From Spirochaetia bacterium (GTDB taxonomy: Bacteria > Spirochaetota > Spirochaetia > DSM-2461), in contig OY764216.1 in the NCBI GenBank assembly GCA_963668315.1, positions 2,240,001 to 2,304,000 on the forward strand: a stretch of 64,000 nucleotides of DNA. The letters run 5' to 3'. The notes beneath the pieces are model-generated. The model saw only the letters and a program-made list of their open reading frames with translations. It was not told where the DNA came from and searched no databases. Shown here piece after piece: positions 28,723-38,885 of this stretch (its first letter is position 1; the number at the start of each line of letters is the position of its first letter). A program made the translations under genes and the position numbers.

Positions 28723-29544
28723 ATGAAATTTAAGACAATATTCATCCTTTTTAACATTATCGTACTGTTTGCGTTTCTGTTTATCACTCTGATTCCCCTG
28801 ATTATGCTGGGTAATGAATACTCCTCGCTCTTCTGGTCGCAGAATTGGATCCTGGTGGCCCTTTTCCTGCTTTTCATCGGGATTCTGGACGGCTATTTCA
28901 TTATGAACTGGAAGCTTTTCCATTATCTGGAGGAGGAGGACTGGCCCGGACTTCTTTACTACCTGGAAGAAAAAATCTTTGATAAGAAGAGACTTACGAG
29001 ACGATACGCCTCCCTTTATATCAACGGAGCGCTTTCCGTTTCCAATCTGGATAAAATCGACAGGCTGGAAGCGGAGGTCCGGGAAAGAAAACCGGCCCTT
29101 TTCCGCACGGTCGGACTGCAGCTCGGCGTAAACCGATTGCTCAAGAAGGATTCATCCGGTTCGGAGACGTTTTTCCGTGATCTTCTGGCTATGGAAAGGG
29201 TTCGTGACAGGGAGTGGCTTCAGTGGTGTCTGGCCTTCTCCTGCTACAGCGACAAGAGGGTCGACGAAGCCCTTGAGCCGCTTATGGTGATCCTGGAAAG
29301 CAAAGCGAAAGATCCGGTTCTCCGTCTGCTTGACTGTTATCTTCTGGATACCCTGAGAAGCAAGATCCCCCTGGAGAAGCAGAGTGTACTTTCCGAGAAG
29401 ATCCTGGCCCTGAAAAAGGAGACGATCTCCCAGTCCTCCTGGAACCGGGCCGTTGAAAAGAGCCGGGAGAAAAACATCCTGTCCGTATTCATGTCTTCCC
29501 TCATCGAAGACGCCTATAAATGGATCGGTCAGATCGAAGGTTAG
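28723..29544 (+). CDS. hypothetical protein with two N-terminal TM segments
   Basis: AGGAG RBS, two hydrophobic segments, helical C-terminus. Confidence 0.8.
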   Translation: MKFKTIFILFNIIVLFAFLFITLIPLIMLGNEYSSLFWSQNWILVALFLLFIGILDGYFIMNWKLFHYLEEEDWPGLLYYLEEKIFDKKRLTRRYASLYINGALSVSNLDKIDRLEAEVRERKPALFRTVGLQLGVNRLLKKDSSGSETFFRDLLAMERVRDREWLQWCLAFSCYSDKRVDEALEPLMVILESKAKDPVLRLLDCYLLDTLRSKIPLEKQSVLSEKILALKKETISQSSWNRAVEKSREKNILSVFMSSLIEDAYKWIGQIEG

Positions 29545-29552
29545 GATTAAGC

Positions 29553-30764
29553 ATGATTGAGAAATCCCAGAAACTTGCCAATGTCTGTTACGATATCCGG
29601 GGGCCCGTTATGGATGAGTCCGCCCGGATGGAAGAGGAGGGGATTTCCCTCATCAAGCTGAATATCGGCAATCTGGCGCCCTTCGGGTTCCGGGCTCCCG
29701 ATGAGATTGTCAGGGATATCATCAGAAACCTTCCCGACGCCGAAGGCTACAGCGCTTCCAAAGGGCTTTTCGCCGCCCGGAAGGCGATCATGCAGGAGTG
29801 TCAGAAGCTGGGGATCGTCGGCGTGGATATCGAGGATATCTATACGGGAAACGGCGTCAGCGAACTGATACAGCTCTCCACCCAGGCCCTGCTGAACCGG
29901 GGGGACGAGATGCTTGTCCCCGCTCCCGACTACCCCCTGTGGACCGCGTCGGTCAATCTGGCCGGAGGACGGGCCGTCCATTATCTCTGCGATGAGGAGT
30001 CCGGCTGGATTCCCGACCTGGCGGATATGGAGAAAAAGATAAGCGACAAGACCCGGGGGATCGTCGTCATCAATCCCAACAACCCCACGGGAGCCGTCTA
30101 TCCCAGGAGCGTGCTGGAAGGAATCGTCGAGCTGGCGAGAAAGCATAAGCTGATTATTTTCGCCGATGAAATATATGACAAGATCCTTTATGACGGAAAC
30201 GTGCACATCCCCCTGGCGTCACTGGCGGATGATCTCTTGTTTCTGACGTTCAACGGCCTCTCCAAAGCCTACCGTTCCTGCGGGTTCCGGGCGGGCTGGA
30301 TGGTACTGAGCGGAGCAAAGAAAGAGGCGACCGGCTATATCGAAGGACTGAATATGCTCTCTAATATGCGCCTGTGCAGCAATGTGCCGGGGCAGTTCGC
30401 CATTCAGACGGCCCTGGGCGGCTATCAGAGCATCAACGAGCTTATCCAGCCGGAAGGAAGACTCTGCAAGCAGCGGGAGTACCTCTACGAACGGCTTTCC
30501 GCCATACCGGGCATCAGCTGTCAGAAACCGGGAGGCGCCCTGTATCTTTTTCCTAAAATGGATAAGAAGCGTTTTCATCTGAAGGATGATATGCAGTTTG
30601 CCCTTGACCTTCTGCGGGAGACCCGTGTTCTGATCGTCCAGGGCACCGGTTTCAACTGGCCCGAGCCGGATCATTTCCGCATTGTCTTTCTCCCCGATCT
30701 GGAGAGCCTGTCAATGGCTGCCGATCGTCTTGAGAAATTCTTCGCAGGCTACCGTCAGGGCTGA
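29553..30764 (+). CDS. alaA: PLP-dependent aminotransferase (AlaA-type)
   Basis: KLANVCYDIRGPV, KLNIGN, NPNNPTG, DEIYD, NGLSKAYR..GFRAGW, VQGTGFNW. Confidence 0.88.
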   Translation: MIEKSQKLANVCYDIRGPVMDESARMEEEGISLIKLNIGNLAPFGFRAPDEIVRDIIRNLPDAEGYSASKGLFAARKAIMQECQKLGIVGVDIEDIYTGNGVSELIQLSTQALLNRGDEMLVPAPDYPLWTASVNLAGGRAVHYLCDEESGWIPDLADMEKKISDKTRGIVVINPNNPTGAVYPRSVLEGIVELARKHKLIIFADEIYDKILYDGNVHIPLASLADDLLFLTFNGLSKAYRSCGFRAGWMVLSGAKKEATGYIEGLNMLSNMRLCSNVPGQFAIQTALGGYQSINELIQPEGRLCKQREYLYERLSAIPGISCQKPGGALYLFPKMDKKRFHLKDDMQFALDLLRETRVLIVQGTGFNWPEPDHFRIVFLPDLESLSMAADRLEKFFAGYRQG

Positions 30765-32843
30765 CAATTCCTCTTCCTGCCCCCTGATAAAGCTGTCCTC
30801 CTCCAGTTTTCCCAGTACGGCATCCCTCTCTTCCGGCGAATCGAAGGTGATGAGCCTGAATTTCTGGGTATAATCCTTTTCCCGGGATTGGCGGGTTACG
30901 TTCAGGAGCTCTTCCGCCGTAGCCAGGGCTCCCCGGATCAGCCCGTCCAGGTCTTTTCCCGTGAGTTCCTTCTTCCCGGTCATTTCAAACCAGCAGGCGG
31001 CGCTGTGGCGTAATTTTTCCAGAGGGTAGCCCTCTCCCCAGGTACGGTAAAGACCGTGAAGGTCATCCCAGCTGTCGATGAGTCCCGCCTTCATATCCCC
31101 CTCCAGCCGGTCAATCCACCCATGGGGCACCAGCTGGCCGCCCGCGTTGTACCAGGTTTCCCGGCGGCAGCCCTTCACCAGGTCCCCGTACCCATCGATT
31201 CCGATGGCTTTCCCGGTAAAATCCAGAAGATTCAGGGCAAAATAGTACTCCACAAGCCGTCCGTAGGTCCGCCAGGCCCGGGCGGGGTAAAGGATACGCG
31301 CCGGACGGCGTCCCTTTTCCAGGGAATGCTTCTGCAGGACGATATCTTCCGGGTCCCGGTTGGGATCCATCAGGTTCTCCTTCCCGCACCACTCTTCCAG
31401 CAGCCGCCGGGCTTTCATCACCGCTTCCATGGAGTCGGGGGCCAGATAGTGAAATTCCAGTTTCTGGTGTTCCTCCCGCCTTTTATCGCGGCGGGCATAT
31501 TTCCAGCTGTTCCGGGCCATGGCGTACATGTTGTAATGGAACCAGTAGGCGGGCATAATCGTCAGCATGCCCCGGCTCTCGTCATTGGAGAGGAGGGAGA
31601 AGGGCAGGGGAATATCCAGTTCCGCCGGGTAGGCCCCCTTGCTTATCAGGGTGTAGGGGGCGAAGCGGCTGTTATGCTTGAGGCTTGTGTTCAGCCCCGG
31701 CCAGAATCCCCGGGAGGCTACGATCTCTCCGTCCGATCCGCGGGAGTTATGGTTGGAACCCACCGTGGCTCCCGCGGCCATATTGGTCTGCCCCTGAAGG
31801 ACGGAGGCTATGAGAAAGGAGTTGTTGTGGTGCTGCTCATGGAAGGGGAAAATGAGGGCGTTGAGAACTTCGCAGCACGATATGGTGCTGTTCGCCCCCA
31901 GAAAGCTGTTGATAAGCCGGGCCCCGTATTTAAGCTGGGACTCTTCGCCCAGGATAAAGCGGACCGCTTTGACGCCGTAGAAAATACGGGCCCCCCGATG
32001 GACGATGCCGTTTACAAGCTCCACTCCCTCGCCGATCTGGACAGGCTGCTCCTTTGTTCCCCCCAGGGTGAGGTTTTTGAGCTTATTGGCTCCCTTTACA
32101 TAGGAACTCTCTCCGAAGAGAACGTCCTTGATAATCCGGCAGCTCTTGATGATGCTCTCTTCGCCCACCTCGCCGTAGAAGCCTCTTCGGGGGGAAATCC
32201 GCTCTTCCGTCCATCGGCGGAAGCTCTCCTGGAAAACGGGGCGGTCACGGAATTTTGACCAGAGCCATCCGTCGCCGGGGAGCATGCCCTCGAAGGGGAG
32301 AATCTTCCGGGAGCCGTTCTCATTGGCCACTTCCACGGCGATTCTTACGGACTCCTCCTCGCCCTCTTTGACGATGCCGTTGCCGAATTTGGAGTGGTTG
32401 GTTGCGGACATCTCGTCAATATTGAAAAGAATGGAGCGGTTCCCCACAATGTAATGGGATAGATAGCGAACATTATGAAGAGCGGTATGGTCGCCCAGAT
32501 CGCTGGAAATGATCAGGCTGTCATAAATGCCGCAGGGGAGGGAGAGGTCGTGGTAGGTCAACTGCCCCTCTTCGAGGCAGCCGATCCTGACAAGTCCCTC
32601 GAAACGGGAATTTCTGATCAGGTCCGGATCGAATGGATCGGCCACAAGAACGTCGCTCCAGTTCCCCGCGCCGTTCCCGTTCTCCCTGAGCCTGTCAATT
32701 TCCTGTGGGCTGAGGGGCCGGAAATCCTGCCGGGGATTCCGGGCGAAGCGGAAGATGTATTCGTCTTCACCCGCTTGAAGATACTCGCAAGGTATGAAGC
32801 CATATCCCCTCCGGGCGGAATCTCCCTTTATCAGTTTGACCAT
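30711..32843 (-). CDS. DUF4954-family protein
   Basis: EVANENGSR, GANKLKNLT, FPFHEQHHNNS, GATVGSNHNSR pattern. Confidence 0.78.
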   Translation of the reverse strand: MVKLIKGDSARRGYGFIPCEYLQAGEDEYIFRFARNPRQDFRPLSPQEIDRLRENGNGAGNWSDVLVADPFDPDLIRNSRFEGLVRIGCLEEGQLTYHDLSLPCGIYDSLIISSDLGDHTALHNVRYLSHYIVGNRSILFNIDEMSATNHSKFGNGIVKEGEEESVRIAVEVANENGSRKILPFEGMLPGDGWLWSKFRDRPVFQESFRRWTEERISPRRGFYGEVGEESIIKSCRIIKDVLFGESSYVKGANKLKNLTLGGTKEQPVQIGEGVELVNGIVHRGARIFYGVKAVRFILGEESQLKYGARLINSFLGANSTISCCEVLNALIFPFHEQHHNNSFLIASVLQGQTNMAAGATVGSNHNSRGSDGEIVASRGFWPGLNTSLKHNSRFAPYTLISKGAYPAELDIPLPFSLLSNDESRGMLTIMPAYWFHYNMYAMARNSWKYARRDKRREEHQKLEFHYLAPDSMEAVMKARRLLEEWCGKENLMDPNRDPEDIVLQKHSLEKGRRPARILYPARAWRTYGRLVEYYFALNLLDFTGKAIGIDGYGDLVKGCRRETWYNAGGQLVPHGWIDRLEGDMKAGLIDSWDDLHGLYRTWGEGYPLEKLRHSAACWFEMTGKKELTGKDLDGLIRGALATAEELLNVTRQSREKDYTQKFRLITFDSPEERDAVLGKLEEDSFIRGQEEELSALTVACEEFLKTIGSH

Positions 32844-32875
32844 GCCGTCCCCCTTACCGTCTGATTTATCCGTGT

Positions 32876-33739
32876 CTATTCAAAAACAACCGTCTTGTTT
32901 CCGAAAACCAGTACTCTGTTGTCCAGGTGAAGCTCCACCGCCTGGGCCAGAACGCTCTTCTCCAGGGCGCGCCCCTTCTTTACCAGGTCCTCCACCGAAT
33001 CGCGGTGGCTGATATGGGTTATCCCCTGGGCGATGATGGGCCCCTGATCCAGGTCGCTGGTCACGTAATGGCTGGTGGCGCCAATGATCTTCACTCCCCG
33101 CTGAAAGGCCTGGTGATAGGGTTTGGCCCCCACAAAGGCGGGAAGGAAGGAGTGGTGTATGTTGATGATTTTCTGGGGATAGTGATCCACAAATTCCGGT
33201 GAAAGAATCTGCATATACCGGGCCAGAACAATAAGGTCAACGTTCAGGGAGTCGAGCAGCTCCTTCTCTTTCTCCTCCATCTCCGCCTTGGTGGCCCTGG
33301 TAATGGGGATATGGGTAAAGGGAATATCGAAATAGTCGGCGATGGGTTCGGCGTCCTTGTGGTTTCCCACGATTTGAACGATATCTCCGTTCATTTCGCC
33401 CGATTTGTGTCTCTGGAGAAGCTCGAAGAGACAGTGGTCATATTTGGATACCATGATGGCTATACGCGGCTTGACGTGGGAAAATTTCAGTTTCCACTTC
33501 ATATTGTACTTTTCGGCGATCGGCTCGAAGGCGGATTTTATTTTTCCCTCGGGAATGGTAAAATCGGACAAATCCCACTCAACACGCATGAAAAAGGCCC
33601 CCGAACTGTCGTTATGCTGATCGGAAACGACGATGTTGCCCTTGTAAGTGGATATGAAAAAAGATACTTCCGCCACCAGTCCCCGCTGATCCTCGCAGGA
33701 AATTAAAAGTATCGCTCTGTCTGCTTTTGCCTTTGCCAT
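32876..33739 (-). CDS. purU: formyltetrahydrofolate deformylase
   Basis: ACT domain, VSKYDHCL, LARYMQIL, NIHHSFLPAF, LDQGPII. Confidence 0.97.
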   Translation of the reverse strand: MAKAKADRAILLISCEDQRGLVAEVSFFISTYKGNIVVSDQHNDSSGAFFMRVEWDLSDFTIPEGKIKSAFEPIAEKYNMKWKLKFSHVKPRIAIMVSKYDHCLFELLQRHKSGEMNGDIVQIVGNHKDAEPIADYFDIPFTHIPITRATKAEMEEKEKELLDSLNVDLIVLARYMQILSPEFVDHYPQKIINIHHSFLPAFVGAKPYHQAFQRGVKIIGATSHYVTSDLDQGPIIAQGITHISHRDSVEDLVKKGRALEKSVLAQAVELHLDNRVLVFGNKTVVFE

Positions 33740-33842
33740 AGGATGAATTCCTCTTTTTTAGTTATATCTGGAAGACTGGAATGATAGCTCTTTACCGCTC
33801 TTTTTACAAGAGTGTGGAAGATCGGCCCGCCATGCTGATTTT

Positions 33843-33945
33843 GGGGGTGTCCCCGGGTTTCGCCCGGGGCCGTGCTTTCCACGGGTATCGTCTCAATGGG
33901 ATAAATCCCCTTGAGACCGCTTCGCGCCGTTACAATCACTCACCC
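33843..33945 (+). ncRNA. structured intergenic element B (Flavo-1-like repeat/ncRNA candidate)
   Basis: Closing helix GGGTG/CACCC, hairpin CCCCGGG/CCCGGGG, core CCGTGCTTTCC...CCGTTACAATCACT, inner hairpin GTCTCAA/TTGAGAC. Confidence 0.5.
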
Positions 33946-34092
33946 ATGACGCCCTGTCCCTCAAATCGTAAGTGCCACCTTGTGTTCCCGATCATTGACA
34001 TGGGGGAAATAATGGCTTATGACAAGGGATAGCAACCGGTTTTCCGTCTCTGCAAGAGGTAGGGAAATCGGGAAAAAGGAACTATTATTTCA

Positions 34093-34686
34093 ATGTCAAT
34101 GATCGGGAACATAGAGAATAGGCTCGCCCTTCTCGGCGGCTACGAGAACCAATACCCGGGAGAACGGGATACCATAGGCCTGTGCCGTACTTTTCTGACC
34201 TGCCGGGATTCCCTTCCCGAAGAGTATTCCCGCGGTCATATCACCGGATCAGCCTGGATTCTGAACTCTGCCCGGAACAAGACGGTTCTGACGCACCACC
34301 GGAAACTGAATCTCTGGCTTCAGACGGGCGGGCACCTGGAAGAGGGGGAGGAACCCCGGGAAGGGGCCATCCGGGAAGGAATGGAGGAAACGGGACTGAC
34401 CTCCCTCCGGTCTATCCAGAAGACGCTGTTCGATCTGGATATCCATCTTATTCCCGCACGGGGCGATCAGCCGGCCCATTACCATTTCGACATGCGTTTT
34501 CTTCTGGAGGCCTTAGGAAATGAGTCCCTCGTTATTTCCCGTGAATCCCGGGATCTCCGCTGGGTCGACCTGGAAGACGTGCCTCAGTACAACCGTTCCG
34601 AATCGGTCCTGCGCATGGTTCTCAAATCCGCTCCTTACGGGGGATTTGATTTCCCCGGGGAATTCCCCTATAATGGGCATCATTAA
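34093..34686 (+). CDS. NUDIX hydrolase
   Basis: [16 protein letters not shown]...[11 protein letters not shown]udix box. Confidence 0.9.
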   Translation: MSMIGNIENRLALLGGYENQYPGERDTIGLCRTFLTCRDSLPEEYSRGHITGSAWILNSARNKTVLTHHRKLNLWLQTGGHLEEGEEPREGAIREGMEETGLTSLRSIQKTLFDLDIHLIPARGDQPAHYHFDMRFLLEALGNESLVISRESRDLRWVDLEDVPQYNRSESVLRMVLKSAPYGGFDFPGEFPYNGHH

Positions 34687-34709
34687 TACGTGAGAGACGG
34701 AGAATAACA

Positions 34710-35195
34710 ATGAAAGATTGTCCCTGTAAGAGCGGCATGGCATTTGACCTGTGCTGCGGTCCTATTCTGGACGGAAAGACGGAGGCTCCCACGGCGGAAG
34801 CCCTGATGAGAGCCCGCTACAGCGCCTACGCTACGGGTAATGTGGACTTTATCATAAACAGTAATGAGCCGAAAAGCCGGGAGAATCTCTCCCCCGAGGC
34901 TATCGAGGAGTGGTCCAAAGGATCGGAATGGCTCGGTCTGGAAATCATCAAGACAAAGAAAGGCAAAGAAGGCGACAGCGAAGGCCTTGTGGAGTTCAAA
35001 GCCCACTATATGCAAAACCGAGCCCGGCTGACCCACCATGAACTGGCGGAGTTCAAGAAAATAGACGGCAAATGGATGTTCTTCGACGGTGACCAGATCA
35101 ATGAGCCCGCTCACCGGGAGGCTTCGAAAGTAGGCCGAAACGATCCCTGTCCCTGCGGCAGCGGAAAAAAATACAAAAAGTGCTGCGGCAAATAG
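34710..35195 (+). CDS. YchJ/UPF0225 family protein with SEC-C motifs
   Basis: CPCKSG...[16 protein letters not shown]-terminal [18 protein letters not shown]. Confidence 0.93.
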   Translation: MKDCPCKSGMAFDLCCGPILDGKTEAPTAEALMRARYSAYATGNVDFIINSNEPKSRENLSPEAIEEWSKGSEWLGLEIIKTKKGKEGDSEGLVEFKAHYMQNRARLTHHELAEFKKIDGKWMFFDGDQINEPAHREASKVGRNDPCPCGSGKKYKKCCGK

Positions 35196-35202
35196 GTCCT
35201 GT

Positions 35203-35907
35203 GTGAAACTGACTCCCGATCGGATCCTTTATGAGGATAACCACCTTATCATCGTTAACAAGCTGGCCGGCGAGATCGTCCAGGGAGATAAGACGGGCGA
35301 CCGGGCCATGCCGGATGATATCAAAGAGTACATCGCCCGGCGCGACAGCAAGCCGGGCAATGTTTTCCTGGGGGTAACCCACAGGATTGACCGGCCTACC
35401 AGCGGTGCGGTCGTCTTTGCTAAAACTTCCAAAGGACTGTCCCGGATGAACGATCTTTTCCGCAAGGGCGGGGTGGATAAGTTCTACTGGGCCGTGACCG
35501 AAAAGGCGCCTCCCAAAGGGGAGGATACCCTGACGGGATGGCTCTTTCGGGACAGGCGTAAAAACCGCTCTTTCTGCTGGGGCGAGCCGGGCGAGGGAAG
35601 GCAGGAAGCCCGTCTCCGTTATCGTCTGCTGGCTTCAAGCGACCGTTACTATCTGATCGAAGTGGAGCTCCTTACAGGAAGACACCACCAGATCCGCTGC
35701 CAGCTGGCCGATATGGGCTGCCCCATCAAGGGTGACCTGAAATACGGAGCCAAGCGTTCCAATCCGGGCGGTGGCATCAGTCTCCACGCCAGACGGATTC
35801 AGTTTGAACACCCCATTAAAAAGAGTCCGGTGGCCGTAACGGCTCCTGTTCCCCGGGATGACAGTCTCTGGCTCTACTTTGAAGAGAACCGGGAAGGAAC
35901 GACCTAA
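35203..35907 (+). CDS. RluA-family pseudouridine synthase
   Basis: HRIDRPTSG, TGRHHQIR, PIKGDLKYG, LHA. Confidence 0.92.
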   Translation: MKLTPDRILYEDNHLIIVNKLAGEIVQGDKTGDRAMPDDIKEYIARRDSKPGNVFLGVTHRIDRPTSGAVVFAKTSKGLSRMNDLFRKGGVDKFYWAVTEKAPPKGEDTLTGWLFRDRRKNRSFCWGEPGEGRQEARLRYRLLASSDRYYLIEVELLTGRHHQIRCQLADMGCPIKGDLKYGAKRSNPGGGISLHARRIQFEHPIKKSPVAVTAPVPRDDSLWLYFEENREGTT

Positions 35908-35908
35908 G

Positions 35909-37333
35909 GTGAAAGACAGTTCCTATTTGAGGGGACACCGTTACTTCCGGGATCTGAATCCGGGGGAACTCGATGAGCTGGCCGGTTTTTTTTCCCTTTT
36001 CAGGGGAAGGGCGGGAGCCGTTCTGATTCCCGCGGGAGCTCCCGTGGAAGGTCTGTATCTTCTGGAGGAGGGCATTCTCAAGGGGGAGGACGGAAAGGGG
36101 AATGACCGTGTCTACACCCGGGGAGATACCATAGGGGAGGATGCTCTTTTTTCTCCCTATGCCGCCTCCGGTCCTGTTTCCGTACTGGAAGAGTGCCGTG
36201 TCCTCTATCTGGCCAGGTCCGATTATCTTCTTTGGAAGAGCCGCCGTCCGAAAGGCGTGAAAAGACTGGCCCTGCCGACGGGAAAAGACGGCCCTGTCAA
36301 AGGGGCCGTACTGCGGGAAAGCCGTATCTTCTGGCTGGCGAAGACCCTTCCCTCCCTGATTTTTCCTCCCCTTTTTCTTGCCCGGCTGTTACTGCGCCGG
36401 AGGAACGGAACCTTTGTGGAGGGGGATAAACTGATCTTTCGCTACTTCCGCTGGAAATCCCTGAAAAATATTAATCTGACCATTCCTCTCGAGCAGATCC
36501 AGTCGGTGGAAAGCGGGCAGAAAGGGCTGCTCTCCCGGCTGATGAAAACGGGAGATCTTCTGGTGAGGGTTGACGGATCGGAGGGACATGTCCTGGTGAA
36601 GAACATCCCCCGTCCCCGGGAGGAGCAGGAGAGAATCCTTACGCTGAAACGGCGGGCGGAAGAGACGGCCCGCGCCGCGAAGCACCGGCGGATACGCCGG
36701 GATATCGCCCGTTGGATCCGGAAGGAAGAGGGAATCGAGCTGATCGAAGAGGGAAAGTCCGACAATGGGGCGCCAAAGCGGAAGAGCTCTCTCTTCCATC
36801 GGTCGCTTTTTGTTCTCCTCGCACAGATCTGGTGGCTGATCATACTCGCAGGCGGGTGCGGCGGACTCTACTGGGGCGGGAAGATCTCTTCAGCCGACTG
36901 GGTGCAGCTCCCCCTCGCCGCCGTGATGATTCTGGCCGGACTGATCCTTTACCGGCTCGTTGACTGGGCCAATGATCTATTCAAGGTGGAGGGGGGCTAT
37001 CTTCTGGATGTGAACAGGAAACCCCTGGGTGAGGAGCGGACGAGCCGGCAGGCGGAACTTTCGGCCATTCAGAATGTCATTGCCGAACAGAAGGGGCTCT
37101 GGGCCAACCTTTTCGATTACGGCGATATCCGCATCATCCTCTCCGGATCGGGACAGGGGCTTTTATGGGAGGGAATGAAGCATCCCCGCCGGGTTCAGGA
37201 ACGGATTCTCTTCGAAAGGAGGGCCTGGCTGGACGGACTGGAAGAAAAGGAGAGGCTGTCCCAGCAGGAGGATCTTATGCTTTACTGCCGCTTCCTTTCT
37301 CAAGAGTTGTCCGAAAAAAACCGATCTTCATAA
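35909..37333 (+). CDS. membrane protein with cyclic-nucleotide-binding and bacterial PH-like domains
   Basis: cNMP fold (LYLLEEG...GDTIGEDAL); two bPH_2-like segments (IPLEQIQSVE..GDLLV; IQNVI...FDYGDIRI); GTG start 35909. Confidence 0.65.
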   Translation: MKDSSYLRGHRYFRDLNPGELDELAGFFSLFRGRAGAVLIPAGAPVEGLYLLEEGILKGEDGKGNDRVYTRGDTIGEDALFSPYAASGPVSVLEECRVLYLARSDYLLWKSRRPKGVKRLALPTGKDGPVKGAVLRESRIFWLAKTLPSLIFPPLFLARLLLRRRNGTFVEGDKLIFRYFRWKSLKNINLTIPLEQIQSVESGQKGLLSRLMKTGDLLVRVDGSEGHVLVKNIPRPREEQERILTLKRRAEETARAAKHRRIRRDIARWIRKEEGIELIEEGKSDNGAPKRKSSLFHRSLFVLLAQIWWLIILAGGCGGLYWGGKISSADWVQLPLAAVMILAGLILYRLVDWANDLFKVEGGYLLDVNRKPLGEERTSRQAELSAIQNVIAEQKGLWANLFDYGDIRIILSGSGQGLLWEGMKHPRRVQERILFERRAWLDGLEEKERLSQQEDLMLYCRFLSQELSEKNRSS

Positions 37334-37334
37334 C

Positions 37335-38885
37335 ATGAAAAGATTCGCATTTATCTTAATGATGATTCCGGTCTCACTGGTTCTGTTCGCACAGGAGTCG
37401 GCATGGTTCCGTCAGATAAGTTTTGACGGTTTCGACCGCGTCCGGGGGATCTATCCCATAGATGAGAGGGAGAGCGGAGAGGTAAATTGCTACCGCTTTA
37501 CCCTGGACGGGGAGAATCGTCCCGTGCTCATAGAATACCTTAACAGCGGACGTGCGCTGGATAATCCGGAACGGGGCGTCTTTCGTATGGAACTGGTTTA
37601 CGGGGAAGGATTTGTGGAAAGGGTACATCAGACCCGTTCCGGCCTGCCCGCCGCCGACTCCCGGGGAGTCTACCGGTTCCGTCTTGTCTTTGACAGCGAA
37701 GGCCGTCCGGCGGCTTCCTTCAATTATGACCGTTACGGAAACCTTTTTCCCGATAACGGGGGCGTGGCATCCCGGCGCTGGGAATTCGACAGTTCCGACA
37801 GAATCGGCTCTCTTATTTTCTTCAATCGATACGGCGCCCGCATAAGCGATAAGGCCGGTGTCTGGGAGGAGAGGCGTTTTTATGAGGGAGACCACATTTC
37901 CGAAGTCATCTATCTGGACGAATCCCTTAAGTCTCTGGGAGGGCTCAGCTACCGTTGGGACGATCAGGGGAATCTCGTTGAACAGACCGTGCTGGACAAA
38001 TCCCTCGAGAGGGGCTCCGACGTTATGGGCGTTTCCCGTATTGCCCGCACCTATGACAGGCAGGGTAACTGCCTTGTCAAAGAGATCTATAACGGGGGAG
38101 ACGAATTGACCACCGATGAGAACGGCATTGCCCTTTATGTTTACGGTTATGATGAATGGGGCAATCCAACCCTGGAAGAGCGCTACGGGGCTGACGGGGA
38201 ACCCAGCGATGACATGGACGGCATTTTCCGGATCAACTGGGTCGCCTACAGCCAGGGGAGGGTTCTGGAAAGGACCAACCACGCCGCTTCGGGTGAGCTG
38301 GCCGCCGACGAGTGGGGCGCCGCCAGTTACCGCTGGGTGATCGATGAAGAGGGCCTGGTGCGTGAAGAAAAATATTACGGTGTCGATGACAGGCTGATTC
38401 AGGACCGCTGGGGCATCGCCATTTATCAGTGGGACTATGACGGGATGGGCAATCGCACCGAAGCCCGCTGTTATGACGACTGGGAGAGCCTCTGCGAGGA
38501 TACCCGGGGAATCGCCGTCTACCGCTGGGATTACGATGAGGAGGGGCATATGGCCGCCGAGCATCACTACAACGCCGCCGGTGAACTGAGCGAGGATACC
38601 CGTGGCATAGCCCGGATGACCTGGTCCTATGACGGAGAAGGAAACCGGATAAGGCAGGAGCAGTACGGTCTTTACGGCCAGCTCCGTGCCGATCCTTCCG
38701 GTGTGGCCGTCTACCACTGGGATTATGACCGCTACGGGAATCTTCTGGAGGAGAGCTACGGCGGCATCGACGGCCGGGCTGTGGAGAATAACGGGGGGGT
38801 CGCCCTTTCCCGCTGGGAATATGACGGAGACGGTACGCCTCTGGCTTCAGTGAAGCTTGACAGGAATCATGAAATCCATGAATAA
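37335..38885 (+). CDS. secreted protein built from ~32-aa YD-like repeats
   Basis: Signal peptide; repeats GIAxYxWxYDxxGNxxExxxY; 13-bp DNA repeat at 96-bp spacing (38494 and 38590). Confidence 0.75.
   Translation: MKRFAFILMMIPVSLVLFAQESAWFRQISFDGFDRVRGIYPIDERESGEVNCYRFTLDGENRPVLIEYLNSGRALDNPERGVFRMELVYGEGFVERVHQTRSGLPAADSRGVYRFRLVFDSEGRPAASFNYDRYGNLFPDNGGVASRRWEFDSSDRIGSLIFFNRYGARISDKAGVWEERRFYEGDHISEVIYLDESLKSLGGLSYRWDDQGNLVEQTVLDKSLERGSDVMGVSRIARTYDRQGNCLVKEIYNGGDELTTDENGIALYVYGYDEWGNPTLEERYGADGEPSDDMDGIFRINWVAYSQGRVLERTNHAASGELAADEWGAASYRWVIDEEGLVREEKYYGVDDRLIQDRWGIAIYQWDYDGMGNRTEARCYDDWESLCEDTRGIAVYRWDYDEEGHMAAEHHYNAAGELSEDTRGIARMTWSYDGEGNRIRQEQYGLYGQLRADPSGVAVYHWDYDRYGNLLEESYGGIDGRAVENNGGVALSRWEYDGDGTPLASVKLDRNHEIHE

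Noticed and set aside
33740..34092. ZTP or THF riboswitch for purU, and short ORFs 33703-33939 and 33781-34032
   Set aside because: The likely purU promoter lies within about 70 bp of the start, leaving the structured element outside the transcript; the ORFs lack RBS and motifs
37335..38885. RHS polymorphic toxin
   Set aside because: No RHS core cleavage motif, toxin tip or immunity gene
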